Assembly: GCF_006345805.1 (NCBI RefSeq)
Contig: NC_042998.1
Location: 44,578,001-44,642,000, forward strand
DNA length: 64,000 bases
Direction: 5' to 3'
DNA from: Octopus sinensis
Taxonomy: Eukaryota
Shown: piece after piece, positions 1-12,622 of the stretch
How positions within the stretch are numbered: the stretch's first letter is position 1
Layout: every line of letters begins with the position of its first letter
The notes under the pieces: model-generated
The model's input: only the letters and a program-made list of their open reading frames with translations
The model's database searches: none
What the model was told of the DNA's origin: nothing
Position numbers and translations under genes: made by a program

Positions 1-36
<36 letters not shown>

Positions 37-95
37 GTATATATATGTATATATATGTATATATGTATATATATGTATATATATGTATATATATA

Positions 96-169
<74 letters not shown>
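1..169. repeat. (AT)n/(ATATGT)n microsatellite
   Basis: Read directly from the sequence. Confidence 0.95.
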
Positions 170-559
170 TCGTGAGAATTTTCTCATTACATGGAATTAA
201 TTAGCATGAAAACGTAAATTATCAACAATAACATGTATAGCAATGATTTCTATGATTAGGAATTGGCGACTGGAATTGGAAATTGGTTTATTTCCCTAAA
301 ACGTCTTCTTACAAGTCAATTAAAGATGTTTTCCATGGTTTATCTTTCGCTTTCTAATTTTATTTCCTTCCACTTCATGTTTGATTATCTACTCGCATGT
401 GTCAAGCTGATCCTACCTGAGAATTATGGTAAGGATACACTAGCCTGCGGGATTTATTCAATAATTAAATAATTACAATTTAATTCAAGTGCAGGTAACT
501 CAGATGATCTAACAACTGAATTTTGTCTTCGTCGAACGACGGAGAACCATGCATACATA

Positions 560-1775
560 CATACATATCTTATCAATCTGTACTAGCAAGATTTCATTGG
601 GAACAGTAGCATACCAGACTGGTTAGCTACGTCAGAGACAAAATTGATCTCAAAATGCAGAACCATCCAATTGCATGACAGAACTTAATGTATTAGATAC
701 ATACAGCACGTTTTAACCCTTTCCTCCAGGACCATTGTGAAACCAATAACACTAAAGGAGTCTGGGGACGTCCCAAGCAATCCTTAATCAACAAAACTGT
801 GCGAGAGCATAGGAGGAACCTAATTTCAATGTGGCTAGACTATAAGAAAACATTTGACTCTGTTCCCCACTTATTGATGCCAGAAGCCCTTCAACTTGCA
901 AAAATTCGAGCGAGAATAGTCAAATCCATAGCTGACCTATTTCACTATTTCATCGTGGGCCACTATCTTGAAATTAAACACAACGAGTGACTGTATTATC
1001 ACTGATAGAATACAATATCGCAAAGGCACATTCCAAGGAGACAAATTTTTTTGATATTATTTATACTTTCTGCAAATCCCTTGTCATTCATGTTAAGGAA
1101 GTCTGAAGGATATCTCACTGGTTTTCAAGGAAACAGAAATACCACAATTACACACTGTTTCTTTGAGAATGACTTAAAACTTTATGCAAAGAATATGATT
1201 GAGATGAAAAATAGCCTTGACCTAGTTAAGACATTCTTAAGGGATGTAGGGTTGATGTTTGGTCAGGATAAATATTGTTATATGGTTATGAAAAGGAGGA
1301 AACTATAAAGCAGACTAGTAACATCTCCATCAATGATTTAACTGCTTTCTCTGTATCTAACGAGGAATGTTACAGGTGGCTAGGGGTGGATGAAGATATA
1401 TCTTACAATGACACTTGTAACAAAACACATGTCACTAAAAAATATTACAGCCAAATTAAGGAAATTTGGACCTCAGAACTCTATGCATTCAATAAAATAG
1501 TGGCCCATAATGTGTTTGCAGTGCCAGTACTCATACCAACATTTGGGCGGCTTCATTGGACGCTTGATGAGATTTGACCCATTGATGTGAAAACCCGAAA
1601 AACACTAACAAACACACATAATTTCCACATAAACAGTGATGTAGACTGCCTCTACCTAAAACGAAAACAAAGCGGCAGAGGCTTAACATCGATCCAAAAT
1701 GACTTTGAATGTCGCCTCATATCCCTTCGACAACATCTTTTAAAACCAAGTGTCAAAGATCCTTCCCTTGACTAA
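560..1775 (+). mobile_element. Decayed R4/Dong-like non-LTR retrotransposon, RT domain fragment
   Basis: Frameshifted ORFs give successive RT motifs: NLISMWLDYKKTFDSVPH, RKGTFQGD, HCFFENDLKLYA (YMDDLKLY equivalent), YRWLGVDE, NKIVAHNVFAVPVL, SDVDCLYLKRKQSGRGL. Confidence 0.85.
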
Positions 1776-1796
1776 GTTTGCGTACAAAACCCATCA

Positions 1797-1865
1797 AGGC
1801 GGCGCTCCAGCATGGCCACAGTCGAATGACTGAAACAAGGAAAAGAATAGAATAATAAAAGAATA
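1797..1865 (+). mobile_element. Isolated 3' tail of SINE family B
   Basis: aaggcggcgctccagcatggccacagtcgaatgactgaaacaagg matches the tails of the fuller copies at 17729 and 26452. Confidence 0.75.
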
Positions 1866-1897
<32 letters not shown>

Positions 1898-2746
1898 GTG
1901 GCGATTAATATGTGATTCTAGCTACAGCGAGCCGACAGAATCCTTAGCACGCCGGGAAAATGCTTTCGTCCATCTTAACGTTCTGAATTTAAATTCTGTC
2001 GATATCGCAGAACGGGGGGCGATGAAATAAATACTCATTAAGTACTGGGTCCGATGCAACTGGCTTATCTCCTGCCCCGAACTTGCTGGCTGCCAAAATG
2101 TGAAAACTATGTAATACTGGTATTCGTCAGAGCCTTTCGTATTGTCATGGTTTTGCTATTTGCAAAAACTTTTGTTCAACGGTTGCCAAACCCTGGTTAC
2201 GTAACGAGAATTAAGAATTTATGATTTTTTCTCGGTAGGCTATAAATCTCTGTTTCGTAATGCGATCGTTTGGGTATGTTATTCATAACACACTTCTGTC
2301 GGAGTATTAGACGCAATTTGACCATACTAGTTAAAGCACTCAGAATGTAAAGAACCGGAAACAAAACCATTATGAATCATGTCCAATTCTTTAATAATCG
2401 TACCCATTCACCATTCTGAACTCTTCATCATATTATCGGTCTTGTAAGGACGAAAGGCAGCATCAGTCTCAGTATGATATGAGATCCAGATTTAATAAAC
2501 CGGAAGAAATACCGCAATGTGTTGTCTGACATTCTAACGATTATGCCAAAATCGCTTACTTTAAAAATAAAAATAATTAATGATTATCATGCTGAAGATT
2601 GCAATATAATCAAAAGATGAATGATGTCTAAGACAGAAAACCGCAAAGAATTAGAATTTGAAAAGAGGAAAAAAATGGAAACAATATTAATAGAAAATAC
2701 CAATATTGTTATATGAAAAAAAAGAAAGAAATAACAACAATGAAGA

Positions 2747-2748
2747 TA

Positions 2749-2790
<42 letters not shown>

Positions 2791-2800
2791 GCAATGATGA
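2747..2800. repeat. (GAT)n microsatellite
   Basis: Read directly from the sequence. Confidence 0.9.
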
Positions 2801-3481
2801 CGACAATGGCAACAACGAGAATAACAGTGATATTGAAGCTGACAAGAACGATGACGTGATAGAGGAGGAGATTCTTGCAAAGAAGCATGTTCCTCGTATT
2901 TATGATCATAATTTTGATGTTCACTAAAATGATCATTATAGACAGCAACGTAAATAATAATAACAACAGCAACAAGAACAACAGCAGCAGAGAAATCAGA
3001 AAGCTGTCGTGTCTTTATAAGATGATTACAAATTATGATTAAAATGAAGAAAAAAAAGAGGCGTCAGGAAAAGATACTGTACAACAAGATTTCTAGATCT
3101 ATACGTTCTTTGATTTTTAACTCACTACAATCGATAAAATAAAGCAACAGAGAAGACTGAGATCGAACGTGTAAACTACATCCTGCCAATCAAATTTGCT
3201 AGCCTCGTATCTAAATTAGAAAGAATTGTTTAAGGAAGCGAGCTGCAGAATCGTTTAGTTTCAGAATAAAATATTTTGTTGGTATTTGTTCCAGCTCTTT
3301 GAGTACTGAGTTCGAATACTTTGCCTTTTATCCCACAGTGGCAGATGAAACACTGTATCACTCAAGTACAATGGTCGATGGTATCGATTTACATTTGCCT
3401 TCGGAATTGCTGGTTTTGTCCCTCATCAGAAACTATTTTCTGTGGTTTTCGAAGTATATTGTTTCTTGAGTGTAAATTATT

Positions 3482-3887
3482 ATTCTTTTCTTCACTAGGC
3501 ACAAGGCCCGATTTATTTTTTTGGTGAGTGGGGGCGCAGTCGATTAGATCGACCCCAGTATGCAATTGGTACTTAATTTATCGACCCCGAAAGGATTAGA
3601 GGCAAAGTCGACCTCGGCGGAATTTGAACTCAGAACGTAAAGACAGACAAAATACTTATTTCTTTACTACCCACAAGAGGCTAAACACAGGGGACAAACA
3701 AGGACAGACAAACGGATTAAGTCGATTACATCGACTCCAGTGCGTAACTGGTACTTATTTAATCGACCCCGAAAGGATGAAAAGCAAAGTCGACCTCGGC
3801 GGAATTTGAACTAAGAACGTAACGGCAGACGAAATACGGCTACGCATTTCGCCCAGCGTGCTAACGTTTCTGCTAGCTCGCCGCCTT
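3482..3887 (-). mobile_element. Dimeric tRNA-derived SINE (family A)
   Basis: Two tandem monomers each contain a B-box-like gttc(a)aattccgccgaggtcgac on the minus strand. Same architecture as 13381-13860. Confidence 0.85.
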
Positions 3888-3957
3888 ACTATTATTATTA
3901 TCATTATTATAATTATTATTATGATTATTATTATTATTATTATTATTATTATGAAAA

Positions 3958-4140
3958 AGACGGCGAGCTGGCAGAATCTTTAGCACACTGGACGAGATGC
4001 TTAGCAGTATTTCGCAGAGGTTGACTTTGCTTTTCATCACCCCTCGGAGTCGATTAACCAAGTACCAGTGAAACACTGGGGTCGATGTAAGCGACTAGTC
4101 CTCTCCACAAGATTTTTGGCCTTGTGCCAATAGTAGAAAC
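3958..4140 (+). mobile_element. tRNA-derived SINE (family A), monomer
   Basis: Starts ggcgagctggcagaatctttagcac and ends ggccttgtgccaatagtagaaacgatt, with an internal deletion relative to other copies. Confidence 0.8.
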
Positions 4141-5118
4141 GATTATTATTATTAAATGATTAACGACCGCTCTTCCGGCTTTACGCTTTGTGCGCAAGTT
4201 CTACTGGGGTTGACGTTAACTTATTACTTTGCGGGGAGGTGTCGAGAAAATAGGTACCAGTGAGGCACTAGCACCCTCCCACAAAATTTCATATCTTATA
4301 TCTATAGTAGAAAGAGTTATGAATTCAATAGTTTTGCCTGATTTGATGCTACCCCGTTGTATCCACTCCGGTGTTTGTAAAGAGGATACACCAATGTGTT
4401 TTCATTATGTAGAACAATGTTTCGGGAATGTGAGTAATCTTAGCAGTTTTGCTCTTTTCTGTGGTTTTCGAAGTATAGTGTTTCATGAGTGTAAAATTAC
4501 CTGTGTTCTTTTTACTGCCATGCAGTGATATATAACTTATTGAGTGTGCGCTGTGTTATATGTGTCATATCGGTTGTCATTTGTATCGAATGTGAATTAT
4601 ATGAGTTTCTGTGGTATTTAATATGTAATAGAATATCGATTTTCGATTATGTAAGAGTAATGTGTTGTATTACGTAATTGGATGATGATTGTACGGAGTA
4701 TATATTTTGTGCGGGTTATGTTATATATTTAGATAATATTTGTGTTCAGTATGTTACGTGAGTTGTGTAGACTGCATGAACTCAGAATGGCGTCTCTCTG
4801 CTGTTGATTGTATCTTTTTTTTTTTTTTTAGCTTAATCATGTTCTTCGTTTAATCCTACTTGTTACCAATTGTTTTGTGGTTCTATATATATTTCCTTAC
4901 TCACATACAACTTCTTGCTATTTCAAGATCTCTGTACTTAAACAATTTCGCAACTTCTATCCAGTCGAATTTCGTTTTTATTATAATCAAAGTGAACCAA
5001 GGTGTCAACCAGAGTTCAAAAATTATCCTTCTAGTCCTTATATTGGGACTCTTTACATTAAATTCTTTGTCATTCCGAACAAGAATGTTCTAAACTTCAA
5101 ACAAGTGTTTGTAAAATA

Positions 5119-5514
5119 TCTTTATATATAAAAGTCAAGTTGTGTGTCTGTCTCCTACGATTTAGATTCCTAACTACTCCCACATTTTGCGGTGCAGTGT
5201 AACCAAAAGCGGGTATCTTATAGTCGTGATTCATATCGAGCCCTTCTGGGTATTAGCGCGCGTCTACGATGAGTCTACGATTTTAAAAAAATTTACCATA
5301 ATTTTTCCGTATTTTTAATGCATTTCCGCTCGGTTTATATAAGGGAAGTAACTCTCTAAAAATGTATTATTAAATCTCAGAACGTAAAAAGCTACAGTAA
5401 CACCCCCCCTTCGTGGTTAGCCATATTGAGAAGGCTATTATACTTTACATCTCTAAAAATGCTTATATAGTTATTTCCCTTACAAACCCGAGCAACGCCG
5501 GTTGATACTGCTAG
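5119..5514 (+). mobile_element. Non-autonomous Helitron
   Basis: Junctions are A|TC...CTAG|T with no TSD. A subterminal hairpin (cccgagcaacgccgg) lies about 10 nt before CTAG, and the 3' end is shared with 32654-33039. Confidence 0.85.
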
Positions 5515-5519
5515 TTATG

Positions 5520-7140
5520 TATATAACATGTTCATGTTTATGCTTCTCCGTTGCCATGTCGAAAGATCGATATTTCGCATATAGTTCAGTTGACCTGGCT
5601 ACAAGACTAAACCCAGTTTCTGTATATATTCGATCTTCGCATAATGCCGTAAATTGTTTCCTCGTACTGACTGCTTAATCTGCCCGTGCTGTTAATCTCT
5701 TCCTTTATATATTTTCTCTTTCCCGTGGCTAGAAACCCATTTGGTGTAGCTATTGTCACATCCTGTTTTTGTTTTGACTTAGGAGCTTTTAAGCCATTGT
5801 AGACTTTCGCTCCAACTCACTTACTTTCTGTAGAGTTTTGTAGGATAATGGGAAAGATTGCTGGCCTTATGGCAAAATTAGAAAGAAAACAAAAATATTT
5901 TTTTCTGGATAAGTACAAAGAAAAAATAGGGAAAACTTTAAAAGACCAAAAGACAAAATGAAAACAAAATTCCAAATCGTTAGGCTCCAATGTATTCTTG
6001 TGAGTGCCAGAGATGGCGGCATTGTTGAAGGGTTTTCACTTCGTATATGGGGATCTGATTTTGTTTTAGGGAGACCTATTGATGGTGTCCATTGTTGGAG
6101 TTCTAGTTTCTGCTAGTGGTGGTGGTGGTGGTTGTGGTGGTGATGGTGGTTGTGGTGGTGATGGTTGTTGTGATGGGGGTGATGGTGGTTGTTGTGATGG
6201 GGGTGATGGTGGTTGTTGTGATGGGGTGATGGTGGTTGTGGTTTGGTGGTGGTTTTGGTGGTGGTAGTGGTGGTGTTACTGCTGCTGCTGCTGTTGTTTT
6301 TGTTAAGCAACAAGACGGGTAAGGGTGATTAGGTGATGGTCTAGGGCTTAGGGGCGGGAAACCCCAGACCTTGGAAAAAAAAACTTTGGTCGTCTTGTTG
6401 TAGTGGAGGGCTCTTCGTTGATGCCCGACACCACTGGCAGGTGGCCCTAGAAGTCGCTGGAAATGGAGATCTCCAGGTCCAAATTCTTGAACGGCTGCTA
6501 CTGCTACTGCTGCAGGTGCTGGCGTTGATGCTACTGCTGGTCGTGGTCGTAGTCGTGGTGACACTATTGTTTTTCAGGTATCGGCAAAAGTATAGGGCCT
6601 TCCACTTTCGTTTTCTATTCAAGAAAAAAAAAACATCTTTAAATGCTTGATTGCACCACACACGAGGTACTTAGGCGTTTTCGCTGCGAGGAAGCTTCGC
6701 CTGATATTATGTCAGGTATGGTTTTTAATATGTCCTGTTAGCCTAATCAAAGAGCACTAATCTTTTCCCGAACCAATTTTGTTTTTTCATTTTTAATTCT
6801 AAAATATTTGTTTCATCTATCGATCGTAACATTTCCGCTTTTAGTCACCAGACGCATACTTCTGGTGGCACGTCTACCACTCTCTTCTTTCGCCACAAGC
6901 CTGCCTTTATAGGTTGGTACAAGCATGAAATCCTCATTCTTGCAGAGGTCGATGTAATGCCTCTTCGTTTCGACTGTGGGGAATATAACATCTACTGTGC
7001 CAAATAGATTTTTGTTGTCACGCAGATTACAAGCATCTTTCTACTCGTAGATCTTTCAGCAACTCGAATTTTTGAGCTTTTCTATGTATACATGGTAAGC
7101 TTACGTGCCTCTATATTTGCGTGTGATTAATTGTAACTTC
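5520..7140 (-). mobile_element. Heavily decayed L1/Tx1-like ORF1 region with low-complexity Pro/Thr-rich tract
   Basis: Minus-strand translation across frameshifts gives FGTVDVIFP, FMLVPTYKGR, RVVDVPPEV, QNWFG, TIPDII and PK(Y)LVCGAIKHLK (eroded CCHC knuckle, 6641-6675). Boundaries are uncertain. Confidence 0.45.
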
Positions 7141-7295
7141 TCTGTTTCTGAATATTATATAATTACTTCCTATATTCTATTATATTATATGTTTTTGTGG
7201 TTTCTGGTAGGAAGGCTTTAGTCTGCCTTTTGTTTTTGGTATATAAAATCAGATTTTGGGTGGTGTATTTTAAATGCAGTCATCATCATCATCAT

Positions 7296-7336
<41 letters not shown>

Positions 7337-7416
7337 CTATTATTATTATTATTATTATTATTATATTATTATTATTATTATATTATTATTATTATTATTA
7401 TTATATTATTATTATT

Positions 7417-8314
<898 letters not shown>

Positions 8315-8900
8315 GCTTGTACAGACCAGCTAGGTTCCTTACTGGCCGTTTGCAAAAATGAGACTATGATTTATTACTAGAACAGTTATAATATTAATGC
8401 GTATTACCTTATTTTATTTGCATTTAGATTTGCTTTAAATAATAGTCTGACGCGTCTACGAAATTTCTAATTAATCATGTCTTTCATTTATGCGTGCTGT
8501 ATGCTAATTCATCGATTCTTAAGTATTTGGATGTCTATATCTGATCTCATTCTCTTATCTCAGATTCTTTATCTAACATGATACTGTCCTTAATTCTTCT
8601 CTCTTGGAAATCGTTTTGGCGCATTTTACTAAGCTGAATCTCTTATTTATTACTATGGAAAGTCTGCGTACTGTCTGCTGTAATGTTTCCGGCTGTTTAT
8701 CATTTCCAACATGCAACTCCAGACCATCCATATACATTGGTGGTTAATTCTCCTACCGTTAATATTTGTATCCATATCCAGTTTTACTTAGCATGTTGGT
8801 CAAAGTTGTCAACATCAGGGGAAAAAAAAGGATTTGGGAGTGAGTTTTCCCCACAAATATTCCTTTTCTAACTAATGGAGATTTAGCTTTTAGATTACAG
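8315..8900 (-). mobile_element. Older decayed R4/Dong-like RT fragment
   Basis: Minus-strand translation across frameshifts gives LTNMLSKTGYGY, RINH, YMDGLEL (8723-8734), RFSLVKCAK and SKYLRIDE, which follows the order of the R4 RT core. Confidence 0.65.
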
Positions 8901-9017
8901 AGTGGGGAGCGCTAAGCTGTGATAAGTAAAATTATAATGTTATCAGTCCGAATATACTTGAGGCAGGTTCGAACTGGAGAACAAGCTACTCACTGCGTTT
9001 TGTCATGGAGAATATAT

Positions 9018-9471
9018 CTCGCTTGTTGACAAATGGCGTGTGTATATCAAGATCAGCTTGCAGCGTCACCTACCCAGATTGTGAGATGCTAGCATTTCAG
9101 AGTAGTTATCTCCTCTTCGGTCACAGATACCAAGCGGGATATATTTTCCGTGATAAAACGCAGTGAGTAGCATGTTCCACAATTCGAACGTGCTTTAAGC
9201 ATATTGGCACTGATAATAACATTACAATTTTACTACCGCTGCTTAGCGCCCCCCCTTCTCCAATTTACATACGGTGAGCCACCTTATAGCGCTACCGGTC
9301 ACCGTATGATGACTGGAAATGCATGAGAGAGTCAATCTCTTCAGTCAGCTCAGCGCCGTCTGCTTGGTGTCTGTGACCGAAGAGGAGATAACTACTCCAA
9401 AATGCTAGCATCTCACAGTCTGGGTTGATGGCGCTACGAGTTGATCTTTACACCATTTGTCAACAAACGGG
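9018..9471. mobile_element. MITE with ~115-bp terminal inverted repeats, probable TA TSD
   Basis: 9018-9135 is the reverse complement of 9362-9471 (ttgttgacaaatgg...gtgagatgctagcattt...agtagttatctcctcttcggtcacaga.accaagc). TA lies on both flanks. Confidence 0.85.
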
Positions 9472-9842
9472 TATAACATAAAAATTAGCTTTTAGAGTTT
9501 CCACTTTTGTCTGTATTGGCGAGACTGCTTGCCATGTTTCATATGTTTTCTTATTTTTGAAGCTATATTAATCAAGCTGTATCTCCAAGATTCGTGGGCA
9601 GGAGGAAAATATCCGTGAAAGTCTTTTGAATGTCAATTCGAATTCAAACCTTTCTCTTTCCTTAATCAGTCTGTGGCTATTGCTTTAGCGATCTTTATGG
9701 CTATATGGGCCTTGTAAGCATCCTCTCTGCTCGTCTGGAGACAGGTTCTTTTTTCTTCCGGACGTTTGTTTACTCTTTGCGACAATACCGATTTCAAGCT
9801 TTGGAACACGGCCAGGAATTCCGGGTTAAGAAGCACGGCCCT

Positions 9843-9985
9843 AAACTAGTAATTATCTTATCGACCCCAAAAAGACGAAAGGCAAAGTCGACCTCGGCAG
9901 AATTTGAATTCAGAACGTAAAGACGGATGTAACACCACTAAGCATTTCGCCCGGGGTAATAACGAATCTACCAGCTCACCGCCTA
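9843..9985 (-). mobile_element. SINE family A, 5' part
   Basis: aaaggcaaagtcgacctcggcagaatttgaattcagaacg...accagctcaccgcct. Confidence 0.75.
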
Positions 9986-10246
9986 ACACATTATGATAAT
10001 ATTGAAGGCACATCTTTGTAAGTCGTTTTGAGACATATTATGGTTCCACAGTTATAAGAACTTATGATTTTTCTAGATTTAAGAATTCAGATGGTTTTCC
10101 TTCGGGGAACCAGTCACGTGTTCTCTCTAGGCCTGCCAGTAAATCGTTAAACTTTTCGGGTGGGATCTTTTATTTATGCCTTTGTTACTTATGTTGGGGA
10201 TCCTATCATGTCCGATACTATTATTATCATCATCGTTATTATTATT

Positions 10247-10287
<41 letters not shown>

Positions 10288-10870
10288 TGCCTTTACACAG
10301 CTTCTGACGCTGGAAATGTACTACAATATCAGCTGTTCACTACCAGTGAACTAAGGTAACGCCTCTTATTTTTCGAGCACCTTCCCGAGTTTTCGGGCGG
10401 TTCCAAGCAGTGCTGTTTTCTGCAAGGGCTCCACCCCTATTGCAGCCCCTATTTGTTTCACGTACTTCTCGAGATTTTTGCTCCCTATTCCCAGAGCTCC
10501 AACAATTATTGGTACTGCTGCTACCTTTTTCATCGACCACAACTGCTTAACTTCCCAAGCTAACCTGTCATATCTCTCAACATTTCTTTCTTCCTTATCG
10601 CATACCTTGTTGTCAGTTGGGCATGCTATATCTATGATCCAGCATAGTTAGTTTTCTTTCTCAATTAAGACTATGTCTGGCTTCCCATTCTCTATCTCAT
10701 GGTCGCACTGAATCACAAATCCCATAGAATCTTTGCATTTCTATTTTCGACGATGCTTTCAGGTTTGTGGTCGTACCTTTTTTTTTTGCTTTGACAAGTC
10801 CATACATGTTGCAAAGTATCCAGTGGATGAACGTGGCTATATTGTCGTGGCGTCTCTTATATTCCTTCTG
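10288..10870 (-). mobile_element. R4/Dong-like LINE 3' end, second subfamily
   Basis: QKEYKRRHDNIATFIHW, KILWD, KPDIVLI, IIDIACP, PIIVGALG, LQKTALLGTARKLGKVLEK*. The 3' UTR has a hairpin gttcact-ggt-agtgaac. Flanked by (ATC/ATT)n and (ATT)n. Confidence 0.9.
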
Positions 10871-10893
10871 TATTATTATTATTATTATTATTA

Positions 10894-10947
<54 letters not shown>

Positions 10948-10985
10948 CATCATTATTATTAATATTATTATTATTATTATTGTTA

Positions 10986-11016
<31 letters not shown>

Positions 11017-11020
11017 TATC

Positions 11021-11073
<53 letters not shown>

Positions 11074-11096
11074 TATCATCATCATCATCATCATCA

Positions 11097-11150
<54 letters not shown>
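10871..11150. repeat. Long (ATT)n/(ATC)n compound microsatellite
   Basis: Read directly from the sequence. Confidence 0.95.
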
Positions 11151-11151
<1 letters not shown>

Positions 11152-11466
11152 GGCTCAGTGGTTAGAGCGTCGAGCTTACGATCGTGAGGTTGTGAGCTCG
11201 AATCCCGGACCGGGCTGCGTGTTGTGTTCTTGAGCAAGGCACTTTATTTCACGTTGCTCCAGTTCACTCAGCTGTAGAAATGAGTTGCGACGTCACTGGT
11301 GCCAAGCTGTATCGACTTTTGTCTTTCCCTTGGATAACACTGGTGGCGGAGGCTGGTATGCATGGGCGACTGCTGGTCTTCCATAAACAACCTTGCCCGG
11401 ACTTGTGTCTAAGAGGGTAACTTTCTAGGTGCAATCCCATGGTCATTCATGACCGAAGGGGGTCTT
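11150..11466 (+). mobile_element. tRNA-derived SINE (family C)
   Basis: A box tggctcagtggtta, B box gctcgaatccc, central domain gtgttcttgagcaaggcactttatttcacgttgctccagttcactcagctg, then an (ATT)n tail. Confidence 0.85.
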
Positions 11467-11540
11467 TATTATTATTATTATTATTATTTTATTATTATTA
11501 TTATTATTATTATTTATTATTATTATTATTATCATTATTA

Positions 11541-11737
11541 AAGCAACGAGCTGGTGGAATCGTTAGCACGCCGGGTACTTCGTCCGACTTTACGTTCTGT
11601 GTTCAAATGCCACCGGGATCGATTTGCCTTCCATGCTTTCGGGGTCAATAAATTAAGCACCAGTGAAATACTGGGGTCGATGTAATCGACTTACGCACTC
11701 TTCCAAACTTGCTTGTCTTGTACCAAAATCTAAAACC
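11541..11737 (+). mobile_element. SINE family A
   Basis: gagctggtggaatcgttagcacgccggg...gttcaaatgccacc...ggggtcgatgtaatcgact. Confidence 0.75.
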
Positions 11738-12361
11738 ATCATCATGATTATTATTGTTGTTGTTTTTGTTGCTATTTGTAATATTTATATTATAATAACA
11801 GTTTGTGTTTCTTCCTCGTGATAATTATCAAAACATCTAGCAGCGATAAAACGTGTAGGATGTTGTCACGTGCATCCCATTATATTGCCGCACCTTTATA
11901 TTAGAATGCTAAAAAAAGTATAATTCCTAAATTACATCCTACTTAATAGATTGGAATTTAATATTTAATCTACGAAATAACTGTGATCTAGTTATAGGCG
12001 TGAGATTTTGAAGCAGCTGTGATTTTCAATGAAGAAAGAAGCTTTGCGTAGGATATTAACAAAAAAATGTAAACATCGGTTTTATTGGCGTCTTGCTTTC
12101 TGTCAAAAGCGACAGCAAAGCCACCTAATTGGAAATGATTACTTAAATTACTACACGATGTATTATGGTAATATATTCTATTATAGTAATATATGTTAAA
12201 TCTCAAATAATATATATAAAAAAAAATCAGAATCAACATTATTCAGTCACGAAGATAATTGCTGTATAATGACATATTTCTGGGGGAGTAATGAAGGTAC
12301 TATACCATATAATTGCACTTGTGCGTACGTCTGTATATGTGTAGGTATATGTAGGAGTATG

Positions 12362-12362
<1 letters not shown>

Positions 12363-12415
<53 letters not shown>

Positions 12416-12527
12416 TATACATATGTATATGTAAATGCATATATTTGTATGTACATACAAATATATTAAATATACAAATACATGTGTATATACGTGTGAT
12501 TGTGTGTGCGTCTCTTTGTGTGTATGT

Positions 12528-12585
<58 letters not shown>

Positions 12586-12622
12586 CCGTGTGTGTGTGTG
12601 TGTGTATGTATGTGTGTGTGTG
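12363..12622. repeat. (AT)n and (GT)n microsatellite cluster
   Basis: Read directly from the sequence. Confidence 0.9.

Noticed and set aside
11150-11215. tRNA gene
   Set aside because: The A and B boxes continue into a SINE body that is repeated elsewhere in the window, and there is no complete cloverleaf.
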